Positions 18,543 through 28,625 of a stretch of 64,000 nt of DNA are shown in pieces (positions within the stretch are counted from its first letter, which is position 1; each line of letters opens with the position of its first letter). Below the pieces are notes generated by a model, which saw nothing but the letters and a program-made list of their open reading frames with translations, was not told the origin of the DNA and searched no databases. The stretch is from the NCBI GenBank assembly GCA_963702095.1, contig OY969706.1:2496001-2560000 (forward strand), in the 5' to 3' direction. Made by a program: the position numbers and the translations under genes. This DNA is from Candidatus Bathyarchaeota archaeon. Lineage in GTDB: Archaea > Thermoproteota > Bathyarchaeia > Bathyarchaeales > Bathycorpusculaceae.

Positions 18543-20438
18543 TTAGGTCTTCTGTTTGTTCCTACGGCTAAACGAAAGCACCATTACCGCGAGGACGAAG
18601 CCCAACACCGCCACAATAGCGACCAGTATCAGTTCGTTGCCCAACGGCTGTGTTTGGGAGTCAGAGGTTAAATGCATGCTTATCTGGTGGGTGCTGTGGG
18701 AATAGCTGAAGTAGTACACCCACGAGTCATCTGTAGCGGTTAAGGTGTATTCGAGTTGTTTTCCGTCGAGGAAGGTTTGGAGTTTTTCGCCGTCTGCCAG
18801 TAGGCTCTTGGCGATTGTTGCCCTAACAAACCCCGTTGTGCCCGATGGTCCCGTGACGTTGAAGGTTAGGGTGGAGGTTTCGTTGTTGAAGGCTAATGCG
18901 GTGATAGTGCTGTTGGATTCAAAGACAAAAGCCTGCTGGTTCTCTGCGGTCAGAAAGCTCAGGGTGGTGGTGTTACTGGCTCCTGTGCATGTGGAGTCTC
19001 CACTCCACTGTGTTTTTAGAGTGAAGGTTCCCGAGGCACTGTTAATCCATTGGAAACTGTATTTTCCCTGAGTGTCGGTTTGGCAGGAGCTGATGGGAAC
19101 CCACGAGTTTAACCCGGGAAAAGTGTATGATAGGATGATTGTTCGGTTTTGCAGAGGCACCCCCGCTGAGTCGGTTAAGGCGCCTGTTATGTCTACTGTT
19201 GAACCGATTTTTGGCGTGCATTGAGCGAAAATCGAGATGCTTGAGGTTTTGTGGTTATCAGTTGAAACCAAGACGTTTCTAAATGAGCAGCTACAGGGTT
19301 GGTATCCCCATATGCCGAATGCTAAGTATTCGATGTCTTCGAACTTGAAGTCTAAATCCGACGTGGAGTAGGAGCCGAGGCAGACATTGTTTTCGTCATA
19401 CACCGACTCCGTAATCAGGCAGGGGGCTTGAGAAACACTCATCACCATAGTATACCAAACATGTTCTTGACCTTTAGCGATTTCATTGGTTTGCCAACCG
19501 CTAAAGTTTCTAGACATCAAAAAAACCTCAGAAGTATGTTGACCAAATTCAAAGATTACACCATCGTTAACACCTATTATTGGCAAATTTCGTCTCAAGG
19601 CCAAACAGCAGCTTTCCAAGCTGTCTGCGTTGACTTGTAGAGAGAACGTAAAGTTTCCAGTGGGCTTATAGTGGCGGTAGAAAAAAAGTGAGGGATAATC
19701 AATTAGAGGGTAGCTGCCGCCGCCTGGGCTTGAAAAATTCAATACATCGCTTGATTGGGTGAAGGTGGAGTTTATGTTTTCCACTTGCCAATCGTCAAAC
19801 GCTGATGGCTGTGGCTGGCAGACTGTTGGGTCATGAATGTTGCGGAAGGTGTAGTCTGCTGACCTGCCCCAGACGCTTATGCCTATGTATTTTATGTCTT
19901 CGAAATTGAAGTCGTAGATGTCTGGTGTTGAGATGGCGCCTATTTGGGTTCCGTTTTCATCAAGGATTGCTGCGTCAATAAGGAATGGGGAGCGGTGAAC
20001 AGTTAACTTCATCGTGTACCAAACGTTTGGTTCTCCGTATCCAAGTAGGATTGATGTCCAATCGGTAAAGTTTCTAGATAAGTGGAAATTGCCCATTCCG
20101 TAGTAGCCGAATTCGAGGTTAAAGCCGTCAAAGCTGCCTGCTGCAGGCAAACTGCCCCTAACACATAACCCGCATGCTTGAAGCTGAGCGGCGTTTACTT
20201 CTGCAGAAAACGTGAAATCATCAGTGGGCGGGTATTCTTTGAAGATTGTGACTGCTAAGTCATTGCCGGTGTCGTCGGTCCATAGCCTCAAAGCATCGCC
20301 CAACCGTGAAACGTATCCGTGGTCGCTTTCAAGCTGCCAATCCTCAAAGGTTGAATACTCAAAACTGCATAGACTCAACGGAATCAGCGATAGAAACAGT
20401 ACCACAATAATGGTGGCTCCGAAGATTTTCTTTAACAT
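18543..20438 (-). CDS. Surface protein: signal peptide, two tandem beta-sandwich domains, Ig-like domain, C-terminal TM anchor
   Basis: MLKKIFG signal; duplicated ~180-aa unit (FxDWQ...SRNFxxW...VWYTM...DFxFEDIxY...FRN); hydrophobic plus basic tail. Confidence 0.8.
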   Translation of the reverse strand: MLKKIFGATIIVVLFLSLIPLSLCSFEYSTFEDWQLESDHGYVSRLGDALRLWTDDTGNDLAVTIFKEYPPTDDFTFSAEVNAAQLQACGLCVRGSLPAAGSFDGFNLEFGYYGMGNFHLSRNFTDWTSILLGYGEPNVWYTMKLTVHRSPFLIDAAILDENGTQIGAISTPDIYDFNFEDIKYIGISVWGRSADYTFRNIHDPTVCQPQPSAFDDWQVENINSTFTQSSDVLNFSSPGGGSYPLIDYPSLFFYRHYKPTGNFTFSLQVNADSLESCCLALRRNLPIIGVNDGVIFEFGQHTSEVFLMSRNFSGWQTNEIAKGQEHVWYTMVMSVSQAPCLITESVYDENNVCLGSYSTSDLDFKFEDIEYLAFGIWGYQPCSCSFRNVLVSTDNHKTSSISIFAQCTPKIGSTVDITGALTDSAGVPLQNRTIILSYTFPGLNSWVPISSCQTDTQGKYSFQWINSASGTFTLKTQWSGDSTCTGASNTTTLSFLTAENQQAFVFESNSTITALAFNNETSTLTFNVTGPSGTTGFVRATIAKSLLADGEKLQTFLDGKQLEYTLTATDDSWVYYFSYSHSTHQISMHLTSDSQTQPLGNELILVAIVAVLGFVLAVMVLSFSRRNKQKT

Positions 20439-20619
20439 ACATACCCTTCCAGCGTAGCTTGGGCAGCATTGCCAGGGTTCATTCGAGTAATAGGTGCATA
20501 TGAGCTTTTTCGTCAAGGTCCCTTGACTAACTACTGGAAGCCACACAAAAGTGCTTAAAAGCCAAACCCACTAAACTTATTAATTATACCCTTACAGCAT
20601 AGAGTAAAGGCGAAAACCA

Positions 20620-20967
20620 GTGTCCCTTTCCGCTAAACTCAAAAACACCAGCCGCCCCAGACGGGCAACCATAGCATTCTACGGGGTTTCAGGCATACTG
20701 CTGCTGGCGTTTTTGCCGCTGAGTGGGTTTCCGCCCCACCTTGGGTTTCTGGGTATACTGGGCCTCATAACCGCCTACTGCCTGTTCACCAGAAGAGATT
20801 GGACGCCATGGCTTGTTTTTATTTTGTTGGTTGCAAACTCAGCGTTTGCCCTCTACACATTGTCTTCGATAGGCTTTAGCAACGTGCTGGTTGCGTTGAG
20901 CATGGTTGTGTTTGCCGTGCTCACTTGGGCGGCTACGGTGCTGGTGCTGTTTAAGAAGAAACTCTAA
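20620..20967 (+). CDS. Hypothetical 4-TM membrane protein
   Basis: Hydrophobic ORF filling the gap between flanking genes. Confidence 0.7.
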   Translation: MSLSAKLKNTSRPRRATIAFYGVSGILLLAFLPLSGFPPHLGFLGILGLITAYCLFTRRDWTPWLVFILLVANSAFALYTLSSIGFSNVLVALSMVVFAVLTWAATVLVLFKKKL

Positions 20968-22154
20968 GCTCTGCCAGCGGACCCGCGGAGAAGCTGAACC
21001 GTAACCTCTTGGTCCACATCGACGAACTGCTCGTTTTGGGCTATCTCCACAAACCCATCCGCCTCCGCCAAAGCAGAAACAGCCCCCGTGGATTCGACGG
21101 GTTCAGCGATTAAGCGGCAGTTTTCGTCAAGCATCAGCTTTACCAAAGCAAAGGTTCGGCTGCCCTTTGCGCCAAACATTTTAGAACCAGCATACGCCGA
21201 CACCGCCCTCAAAGCAGAGACTGGTCGCCCACCCAACCGCTGCACCAGTGACCGCGCCAACACCTGATACATCAGCAGTGCCGCAGAGGGATTGTTAGGC
21301 AGTATGAAGAGGGGTTTTTGGTCGATGAAGGCTATGGCGGTTTGTTTGCCAGGTTTCGCCGCAATGCCGTTAACCACAACGCCAGGTTTACCTAAAGAAT
21401 CGGCAGTCTCCACTGCGTCGCCTCCACATGCAACCACCAGGTCGGTGGAAGCCACCGCAACCCTCAAAAGCCGGGCAATCTGAGCTTTGTCGTCTGGGAC
21501 GACACCGAAGTAAACGGGTTTGGCACCGCACTCCATGATGGCTGTGCAGAGGCTATAGGCGTTTCCGAGTTCGGCGACGTTGCCGCCGATTGAAAGCACC
21601 GCAACCATGGGGATTTTTTGGACCTTTGCCTGCGCGAATCCTAAAGCGGCTAAGACACCGATTTCTGAGGGTCCCAGCACCTGTCCCTTCTTGAGTGCAA
21701 CCGCGCCTTTTCGGATGTCAGAGCCCTGCCTGTTGAGGTTTTCGCATTCGACAGCGGAACTGTAAACCAAAAGCAAGTCATCCTCGCGGGCGGCATCTTC
21801 AGAAGCAATCACTGCGTCTGCGCCTTCGGGGAGAACGGAGCCAGCGGCGACTTCAACTGCTTCGCCCTTTGCCAACGCCGCCTTAGCTTGCTCGCCTACG
21901 CCCACTATACCCACGACTTTGAGTTGGGCGGGTTCGTCTTCGCTTGCAACCACCGTATCCTCAGCATGTACAGCGTAACCGTTGACCCTCGAAGTGTCAA
22001 AGCAGGGAATGTCGATGGGCGATTCTACGTCGGCGCTTAATACGCGGTTGTAGGCTTCCAGCAAAACCGCTTCCTCCTCACCGAGGAATTGGGGCTTGAA
22101 GCTGGCTTCGACTACGCGTTTGGCTTCTTCAAAGGTTAAGAGTTTACTTGACAC
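20964..22154 (-). CDS. moeA: MoeA-family protein with degenerate catalytic motifs
   Basis: RVLSADVESPIDIPCFD, LPEGADAV, KPGKQT, LAEADGF. Confidence 0.85.
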   Translation of the reverse strand: MSSKLLTFEEAKRVVEASFKPQFLGEEEAVLLEAYNRVLSADVESPIDIPCFDTSRVNGYAVHAEDTVVASEDEPAQLKVVGIVGVGEQAKAALAKGEAVEVAAGSVLPEGADAVIASEDAAREDDLLLVYSSAVECENLNRQGSDIRKGAVALKKGQVLGPSEIGVLAALGFAQAKVQKIPMVAVLSIGGNVAELGNAYSLCTAIMECGAKPVYFGVVPDDKAQIARLLRVAVASTDLVVACGGDAVETADSLGKPGVVVNGIAAKPGKQTAIAFIDQKPLFILPNNPSAALLMYQVLARSLVQRLGGRPVSALRAVSAYAGSKMFGAKGSRTFALVKLMLDENCRLIAEPVESTGAVSALAEADGFVEIAQNEQFVDVDQEVTVQLLRGSAGRA

Positions 22155-22237
22155 CTAAGACTCACACAGAAGCAGACACTGACTGAACGTAAAAATGTAT
22201 CGAAGTTGCAGTAGGAGGTGAGGTAAGAAGAGAAAGC

Positions 22238-22753
22238 TTATTGTTTGGTTTTTTGAGCAGCCATCTTTTTGACGAATGCTTTAAGGTCTTCTGGTTGTCC
22301 ATAAACCACCAGTTTGCCATCATCTTGCGATTTAACTTGAAGGCTATGTTCCTGCGCAAACTGGAGGATTTTTTCTTTGGTCCATTCGCCTATGGGTTCG
22401 ACTCGGACCCATTTTTGGTCACGGGGCACACCCGTCACGAACTTGTCTTCCGCCCGGCGGGGTTCAGCGCAGACTTCAACGTTAGCTTCCTCAATTTGCC
22501 TGAGCCACCCATCCACTTTTTCTTCGCCAAACACGCTCTGTCCTTCGGTCATGATGTAGGCTTCGACGTTGGCGAGATATTCTTCGGCTTTCTGGATGGC
22601 GTCTCCGTGGCTGCCCTCTGTACAGGACAACTCAAGCAGGGATTTTGTGGTTCGCAGGTCCTCAACAACTTTTGGGGGGATAGCGGTGCCTGCTTTTTTG
22701 AGTTCAAGCATCATGTCTTCGAGGAGTTTCCAACTTGCCATATTACGAGCCAT
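22238..22753 (-). CDS. DUF2096-like archaeal protein
   Basis: WKLLEDMMLEL and FVTGVPRDQKWVRV. Confidence 0.7.
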   Translation of the reverse strand: MARNMASWKLLEDMMLELKKAGTAIPPKVVEDLRTTKSLLELSCTEGSHGDAIQKAEEYLANVEAYIMTEGQSVFGEEKVDGWLRQIEEANVEVCAEPRRAEDKFVTGVPRDQKWVRVEPIGEWTKEKILQFAQEHSLQVKSQDDGKLVVYGQPEDLKAFVKKMAAQKTKQ

Positions 22754-22845
22754 AACGTGTGCCTCTTACTAATTGTAGGTGACCAGCCATATTAAGGGTT
22801 AACTTTTTGTTCCCTTTCAACATGCAGTTTTTAACGATTGTCCAA

Positions 22846-23023
22846 CATGCACCCACACCCACACGGCGGCGACTTCAACATGGAGCCATGCAGGGCATGT
22901 GGAGAAAAACCCATATCCCACACCATAACAGTCGCTGAAAAACGTTACAAAAACAAAAAGCATTTGCCCTCCAACACCTTCTTCTTATGGAACCCCACAA
23001 ACCGCCACACCCACACAAAGAGA
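22846..23023 (+). repeat. Dispersed intergenic repeat family 2, copy 1
   Basis: CTTCAACATGRAGCCATG, TGTGGAGAAAAAC, ACCATAACAG and CGCCACACCCACAYAAAGAGA shared with 54686-54860. Confidence 0.85.
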
Positions 23024-23100
23024 CCGCTTGACTTTCGGAAAGAAATAAATCCGTATCCAACCTGTAGTTTACTGAGGAATATTTTTTGTCCCAGTCAAGT

Positions 23101-23514
23101 ATGCAATTCGACTTCGGCAACTTAACCCAATCAATCCTAAACCCCCTCCTAAACACAGTGCCCATAGAAATCACCTTCATCGACCACACCGACACCGTCC
23201 GCTACTTCAACAACCCACCCAAAATGATTTTCCTCCGCACCAAAGGCGTCATAGGTATGAAAGTGCAGAATTGCCACCCAGCCAAAAGCCTAGACACAGT
23301 AAACAGGATAACTGAGTCGTTTAGGTCAGGCAACAAAGACGTCGCTGAATTCTGGATAAACTTGCACGGGCGCATGATTTACATTCGCTTTTTCGCAGTG
23401 CGGGATGCTGAGGGCAAGTATTTGGGTACGGTAGAAGTTGTGCAAGACGTTACTGAAATTCAGGGGTTGAAGGGTGAGAGGCGGCTTCTGGATTGGAAAG
23501 GTTTAGGCGTTTAG
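23101..23514 (+). CDS. Stand-alone PAS domain protein (PAS_10/DUF438 C-terminal type)
   Basis: PIEITFID, VQNCHP, AEFWI, YLGTVEVVQDVT. Confidence 0.85.
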   Translation: MQFDFGNLTQSILNPLLNTVPIEITFIDHTDTVRYFNNPPKMIFLRTKGVIGMKVQNCHPAKSLDTVNRITESFRSGNKDVAEFWINLHGRMIYIRFFAVRDAEGKYLGTVEVVQDVTEIQGLKGERRLLDWKGLGV

Positions 23515-24927
23515 ATGAAGATTGAAACTGTCAAGTCTGAGGGGTTAGCCCACAACAGCTACTACCTCCAAAGCAAAGGCGAAGCCGCCGTAGTTGACCC
23601 ACGCCGCGACTGCAAAGTCTACACGGAACTCGCCGCAAGGGGCTGCTCAGAAATCAAGTACATCCTTGAAACCCACAGAAACGAAGACTACGTCATAGGC
23701 TCGCTGGAACTGCAGAATATGACTGAAGCCGAGATTGGGCACAGCAAAGAATTACCCTTCAAGTATGGCGAACATAACTTAACAGACGAAGACACCTTAA
23801 ACGTGGGCAACGCAAGAATCAAGGCACTCTACACCCCTGGGCACACAAACGAGTCACTCTGCTACATCCTATTCGAGCGAGAAGAAGCGCAGGCGGTGTT
23901 TACAGGCGACACCTTGTTTGCGGGATCAGTTGGACGCACCGACCTCTACGGAAGAGAAGCGCAGCCAACTCAAGCCAGAAAACTCTACAACAGCCTACAC
24001 GATAAGCTGCTGCAGTTAGGTGATGGCGTAATGGTTTATCCTGCTCATGGCGCAGGCAGCGTCTGCGGCAGCCAAATCAGCGGCCAAACACCCACCACCA
24101 TCGGCTACGAAAAACACGTCAACCCCTACCTAAAACTGGCAATGGAAGCTTTCGTCTCAAAAACGAGTAATGAAGGCTTGGTTGTGCCCCGCTACTTCAA
24201 GCGGATGGAAGATTACAACCTCAACGGGCCGCCGCTACTCAAGGACCTTGCTGACCCAAAACCATTGTTGCTTAAGACATTTGAAGAGGAAATGCAACAG
24301 CAAAACATTGTCGTCATCGACACCCGAAAACCCCATGCCTTTGCAGGGTCACATATCCCCAACGCACTTAGCCTCTGGCTGGAAGGAGCCAGCGTTTACC
24401 CAGGCTGGATCCTAGACACCAAACAATACATCGTCTTCGTACTTGAACGCCCAGATGACGTCGGCACCGTCACAGCTGTTTTCCGCAGATTGGGCTTTGA
24501 TAACATGTGCGGTTATCTCTGTGGCGGCATGGGCACTTGGCAGGAAGCAGGCAAACCCATCCGCAGCTTCGGCACCATAGGCGCTACCGAGCTTAGGGAT
24601 AAGCTGGGCAAGGACGAAGTTTTCCTGTTGGATGTGCGGGAACCCCATGAGTGGAGTGAAGACGGCTGCATCGAAGCGGCAACACGGATACCCTTCATGG
24701 ACCTTCCCGAGCAAACCGCTTCGTTGCCCAAAGATAAGCATGTTGCAGTCACCTGTTCAGTGGGTAACAGAAGCAGCATCGCACTGAGCATCCTTGAAAG
24801 AGCAGGCTTCAAAGACATATCCAACGTGCTGGGCGGCGTGACCGCTTGGAAAGCCCTCGGCTACCCCACAAAAAAAGAAACTAACTCCGAGCCCCAGTTT
24901 CCCTCATCGTTTTTGCCAAACGTGTAG
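23515..24927 (+). CDS. MBL-fold hydrolase fused to two rhodanese domains
   Basis: ETHRNED, TPGHT, FTGDTLF, PAHGAGSVCG; C-terminal rhodanese CSVGNRS. Confidence 0.9.
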   Translation: MKIETVKSEGLAHNSYYLQSKGEAAVVDPRRDCKVYTELAARGCSEIKYILETHRNEDYVIGSLELQNMTEAEIGHSKELPFKYGEHNLTDEDTLNVGNARIKALYTPGHTNESLCYILFEREEAQAVFTGDTLFAGSVGRTDLYGREAQPTQARKLYNSLHDKLLQLGDGVMVYPAHGAGSVCGSQISGQTPTTIGYEKHVNPYLKLAMEAFVSKTSNEGLVVPRYFKRMEDYNLNGPPLLKDLADPKPLLLKTFEEEMQQQNIVVIDTRKPHAFAGSHIPNALSLWLEGASVYPGWILDTKQYIVFVLERPDDVGTVTAVFRRLGFDNMCGYLCGGMGTWQEAGKPIRSFGTIGATELRDKLGKDEVFLLDVREPHEWSEDGCIEAATRIPFMDLPEQTASLPKDKHVAVTCSVGNRSSIALSILERAGFKDISNVLGGVTAWKALGYPTKKETNSEPQFPSSFLPNV

Positions 24928-25608
24928 CCTTGCCATCCTTGGGCTCCAACAGTTCCTTGACAAGGGGATATTGGCGCTGGTAGATGTGGCAGTTTTTGCT
25001 GTGGAAAACCAGTTTACCAGTTTTAAGCGAGAGGTTACCGCGTTCGTTGATTTCTGAAACGAAAGCTTCGTTGAAAAGCTGCAGCCCGCGATGTTGGCGG
25101 GTAAGCCTCCGTAGGCGTCCCAGCTGCGGAAGTAGCAGGTTAGGTGCATTTGGCCGTCGAGGATTTCGGTGTCGATTAAGCTGAGGCAGGGCGGCTCGCT
25201 TTTGTTGCCTTTAGAATCAAACTTTGCTATGTCATCTGGGCGACGGATAACCATGGTGACTTGACGGTCCCGTTGCTCCTCCACATACCGTTTGACAGCT
25301 TCCTCCACCTGATTTATTGGGTCGTTTAGGCGGCTGCCGTAAGTGTAGGTTTCATCCTCTTTTTTTTCGCCACACCACAGGTACTCCAAAGCGTAGCCCT
25401 GCACGTACTTGAAGTCGCAGGGGGCTTTGTCGCTGACAAGCGGCCTGTTCTCGGGATGCGCAATCTCAATTGTCAAGTTAAGCTTTTTTGTTTCAGTCTC
25501 CTCAGAACCAAACCCAACTTTGTAGACGTCGCCTTCACGCCAAATCGCATTTAAGGCTTTGAACCATGCGTCAGGGCAGTCGAACGATGAGATTTTCACG
25601 TGCTTCAT
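24881..25608 (-). CDS. thyA: Archaeal thymidylate synthase (ThyA fold), 1-nt frameshift at ~25086
   Basis: YTYGSRL, PPCL, FRSWD. Adding one base restores ANIAGLQ...HSKNCHIY with a stop at 24881. Confidence 0.8.
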
Positions 25609-25757
25609 ACTGTTCTCCCAATCATTGTCTACTCTATCCCTTAAAGCTTAATTATTTTTGGGCTTGGAAGGGTTTGGGCTAACTATTGTGGATACATAGT
25701 TTACAGTCATAAGTCATATCAGACAACGACCCCATAGAAAGGGCAGGTAGTGACAAC

Positions 25758-25985
25758 TTGGCGAAAACCGTAGAAGCCTCAGGCATCATAATTACTACAC
25801 GGATTAAAATAGAGAGTGAACTCAAAAAGAATAAGGCGTTCAATGAAGAATCCGCCTCCACATTCGAAGAATTCGGCACGGTCCTAGACATCATGCAGAG
25901 AAGCGGCTTAATCGCCAAAACAGCCGACGGCAAATATTTCATGACTGAGAAGGGTCAAGACCAGCAGATACGCGGCTTCTCATAA
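25758..25985 (+). CDS. Small hypothetical protein, winged-helix-like C-terminus
   Basis: LDIMQRSGLI...YFMTEKG. Confidence 0.55.
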   Translation: MAKTVEASGIIITTRIKIESELKKNKAFNEESASTFEEFGTVLDIMQRSGLIAKTADGKYFMTEKGQDQQIRGFS

Positions 25986-26065
25986 AGACTTCGCCGTATA
26001 GAATCAAGAGATTTCAAGAAACAAATAATCTGTTTAAGAACATAAAGAGAAAAGAAAGGGTTTGG

Positions 26066-27740
26066 TTAGTAGGGCATTCCGCCCATACCGCCCATGCCAC
26101 CCATACCTCCCATTCCACCCATTCCTCCTGGGGGCATCGGAGGCATCTTTCCGCCGCCTTTGACGCTGATTAAATCGTCGATTTTCAGTATCATGTTGGT
26201 GGCTTCGGTGGCTGATTTGATGGCTTGCTGCTTCACGCGCAGAGGCTCCACAATCATTTTGGGGCACATGTCAACGATTTTGCCTGTGGTAACGTCGATG
26301 CCGAAGGTTTTGCTATTTGGTTTCTCGTGTTGTGCGCGGAGTGCAACCATGATGTCTATGGGGTCTAAGCCTGCGTTCTCAGCGAGTGTCAATGGGATTT
26401 CTTCGACTGCTTCTGCGAAGGCTTCCACTGCGAGTTGTTCCCGTCCGCCCACTTGGACTGCGAAGGCTTTCAGGCCTTTTGCAAGTTCAGCTTCGGGTGC
26501 GCCGCCGCCTGCAACGATTTTGCCGTCTTCGATGACGTTACGGACAACGCATAAGCCGTCGTGTAAGCTGCGTTCTGCTTCATCGATAACATGGTTGGAT
26601 GCGCCTCGGATGACGATGGTTACGGCTTTGGGGTTCTTGCAATCGCGTATGTAGAGGAGTTTGTCGTCGCCGATTTTGACTTCTTCAACACGTTTCGCTT
26701 TACCCAACACTTCTGGAGCTAATTCTTTGACTGATGCAACAATCATGGCGCCTGTGGCTTTGCTGAGTTTCTCCATGTCGCTGCTGCTCACGCTTTTAAC
26801 TGCGATGACCCCGGCTTTTCCTAAGAAGTGAAGTGCCATGTCGTCGATGCCTTTCTCGCAGAACACAACGTTTGCACCTGACTTCGTGATTGAAGTAACC
26901 ATGTCTTTTATCATGCGTTCTTCTTCGTCTAGGAACAACTTCATCTGGTCAGGGCTTTCAATGTTGATTTTTGCGTCAAACTCGGTTTTCTCGATTTCGA
27001 GTTTTGCATTGAGAAGAGCAATTTTTGCGCCGTCAACCAGTTTGGGCATGCCGCTGCTGGCGATTTCTTTGTCAAGAACCATGCCTTTGACGAGTTCGGT
27101 TTCGTCGAGGCTTTTACCGTGTTTCTTCACAATTTTCACCAAGTCGATATCGGCGACGTATTTGTCGTCAACTTTCTCAGAGACTTGCCGGACTGATTCG
27201 ACGATGATTTTTGCGAAGTGGTCTTCTGCGACGTTGATGCTTTTGCTGGAAATCGAGGTTATAGCGACTTCTTTTAGGGTTTTATCATCGTTGAAAGCAA
27301 CTGGCAAAGCGATAGCCTGCAGGATTTTCTGTGCCTCTTCGCTTGCTTTCTTGTAGCCTTCAATGATAACGGTTGGATGAATGTTTTTGTCGAGTAATCC
27401 TTCGGCTTTTGCGAGTAGTTCGCCTGCTAGGATAACGGCGGTTGTAGTTCCGTCGCCGACTTCGTTGTCCTGTGCTTTGGCGACTTCAACAAGCATCTTT
27501 GCCGCTGGATGTTGAACGTCGAGTTCTTTCATGATGGTTGCGCCGTCGTTGGTTATGGCAACGTCGCCCATGCCGCTGACCAGCATCTTATCCATGCCGC
27601 AGGGACCGAGCGTGCTTTTTACGGCTTCAGCAACGATTTTAGCAGCCATAATGTTGTTTCGTTGTGCTTCGCGGCCAGTACTTCTACCTGTGCCTTCCTT
27701 TAATACTATGAACGGGGATGTTTCCTCCACCTTGAGACAT
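26066..27740 (-). CDS. ths: Thermosome (group II chaperonin) subunit; 1-nt frameshift near the 5' end (~27712)
   Basis: [22 protein letters not shown] and a GGM-repeat tail. ATG 27740 follows GGTGA and gives [16 protein letters not shown] once one base is removed. Confidence 0.95.
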
Positions 27741-27864
27741 AATTTCACCAGATTCTGTAGATTTTAATTTTAATTATAAACTGGAATTCAACAATAAAAA
27801 ATTGAAATATAAGTTTTTCCTAAGGTTAACGCTGATAATCAACCAAAACAAGTGACTTCAACCC

Positions 27865-28023
27865 TTAGGTTTCAGTTTCACCCTTCTCACTTCGAGTCTT
27901 ATTTACCGTTGCTGCCGCGATACGTTCAGCATCCTCTTCGGATGCACCGCGTTTGAGCTCAGATTCTTTTATGTGCTCGTATTGCCGTTTACGCTTTGGA
28001 TTTTCAACGCCTCTTGGAGGCAA
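27865..28023 (-). CDS. 52-aa protein absent from the ORF track (RQYEHIKES family, often labelled plasmid stabilization protein)
   Basis: GGTGA ribosome-binding site plus TTG; MPPRGVENPKRKRQYEHIKESELKRGASEEDAERIAAATVNKTRSEKGETET*. Confidence 0.8.
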   Translation of the reverse strand: MPPRGVENPKRKRQYEHIKESELKRGASEEDAERIAAATVNKTRSEKGETET

Positions 28024-28095
28024 ACAATCACCGTCCCAAAAATGGAGTTACTAAAAAACGAGTAATGTACAAAAAGTGTAGAGAGGAAACAGCGG

Positions 28096-28572
28096 TTACA
28101 TCTTTGGCATATTTGCCATCTTTTCATTCATGAACTGCTTGGCTATTTCCCGTTCGTCATCATCTGAGAGGACATGTCTAGCTTTCTTGAAGAGGTCGTC
28201 TTCTTCCTCTTTAATGTGCATATCAACGGTTTCGCTTAGGACTTTGATTTTAGCGTATTTTACATCATCATCGCTTGAGTTATCGACATCATTGATTACC
28301 TTTTTAGCAACATCATGCTCCTCATAAGCTTCAAGTGTCAGCGTCCTTGTTTCAGGGTTGTTTTCAAGCCGCGGATAGAAAAGCTTCTCTTCACCCGCCA
28401 TGTGTAACTGCAATGCCATCTTAATCTGAGAGAAAACATCGTCCTGATAGCGTTCTCCATCGACAATTTGTTTGAAAAGTCTCTTAACATCCTTATGTTC
28501 TATCTTCAAAATATCATAGATCGGGGCGTCATCTTGAATTTTCTCCTGTTCTTTCCTAACTTCTTCTTGCAT
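28096..28572 (-). CDS. Hemerythrin (HHE) domain protein
   Basis: EHKDV, HMAGEEKLFYP, EEHD, HIKEEE; GGAGGTGA ribosome-binding site. Confidence 0.9.
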   Translation of the reverse strand: MQEEVRKEQEKIQDDAPIYDILKIEHKDVKRLFKQIVDGERYQDDVFSQIKMALQLHMAGEEKLFYPRLENNPETRTLTLEAYEEHDVAKKVINDVDNSSDDDVKYAKIKVLSETVDMHIKEEEDDLFKKARHVLSDDDEREIAKQFMNEKMANMPKM

Positions 28573-28625
28573 ATATTCACCTCCCAATTACTTGGAGGAA
28601 AAATTGTTAGCACCCACCAATCTTG

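Noticed and set aside
24881-24927. 47-bp convergent overlap of the MBL-rhodanese and thyA genes
   Set aside because: It may result from an A-run length error near 24870-24876, so it is not reliable evidence of antisense control.
26066-26140. Tandem 9-bp-like repeats at the thermosome 3' end
   Set aside because: They encode the ordinary GGM tail of chaperonins.
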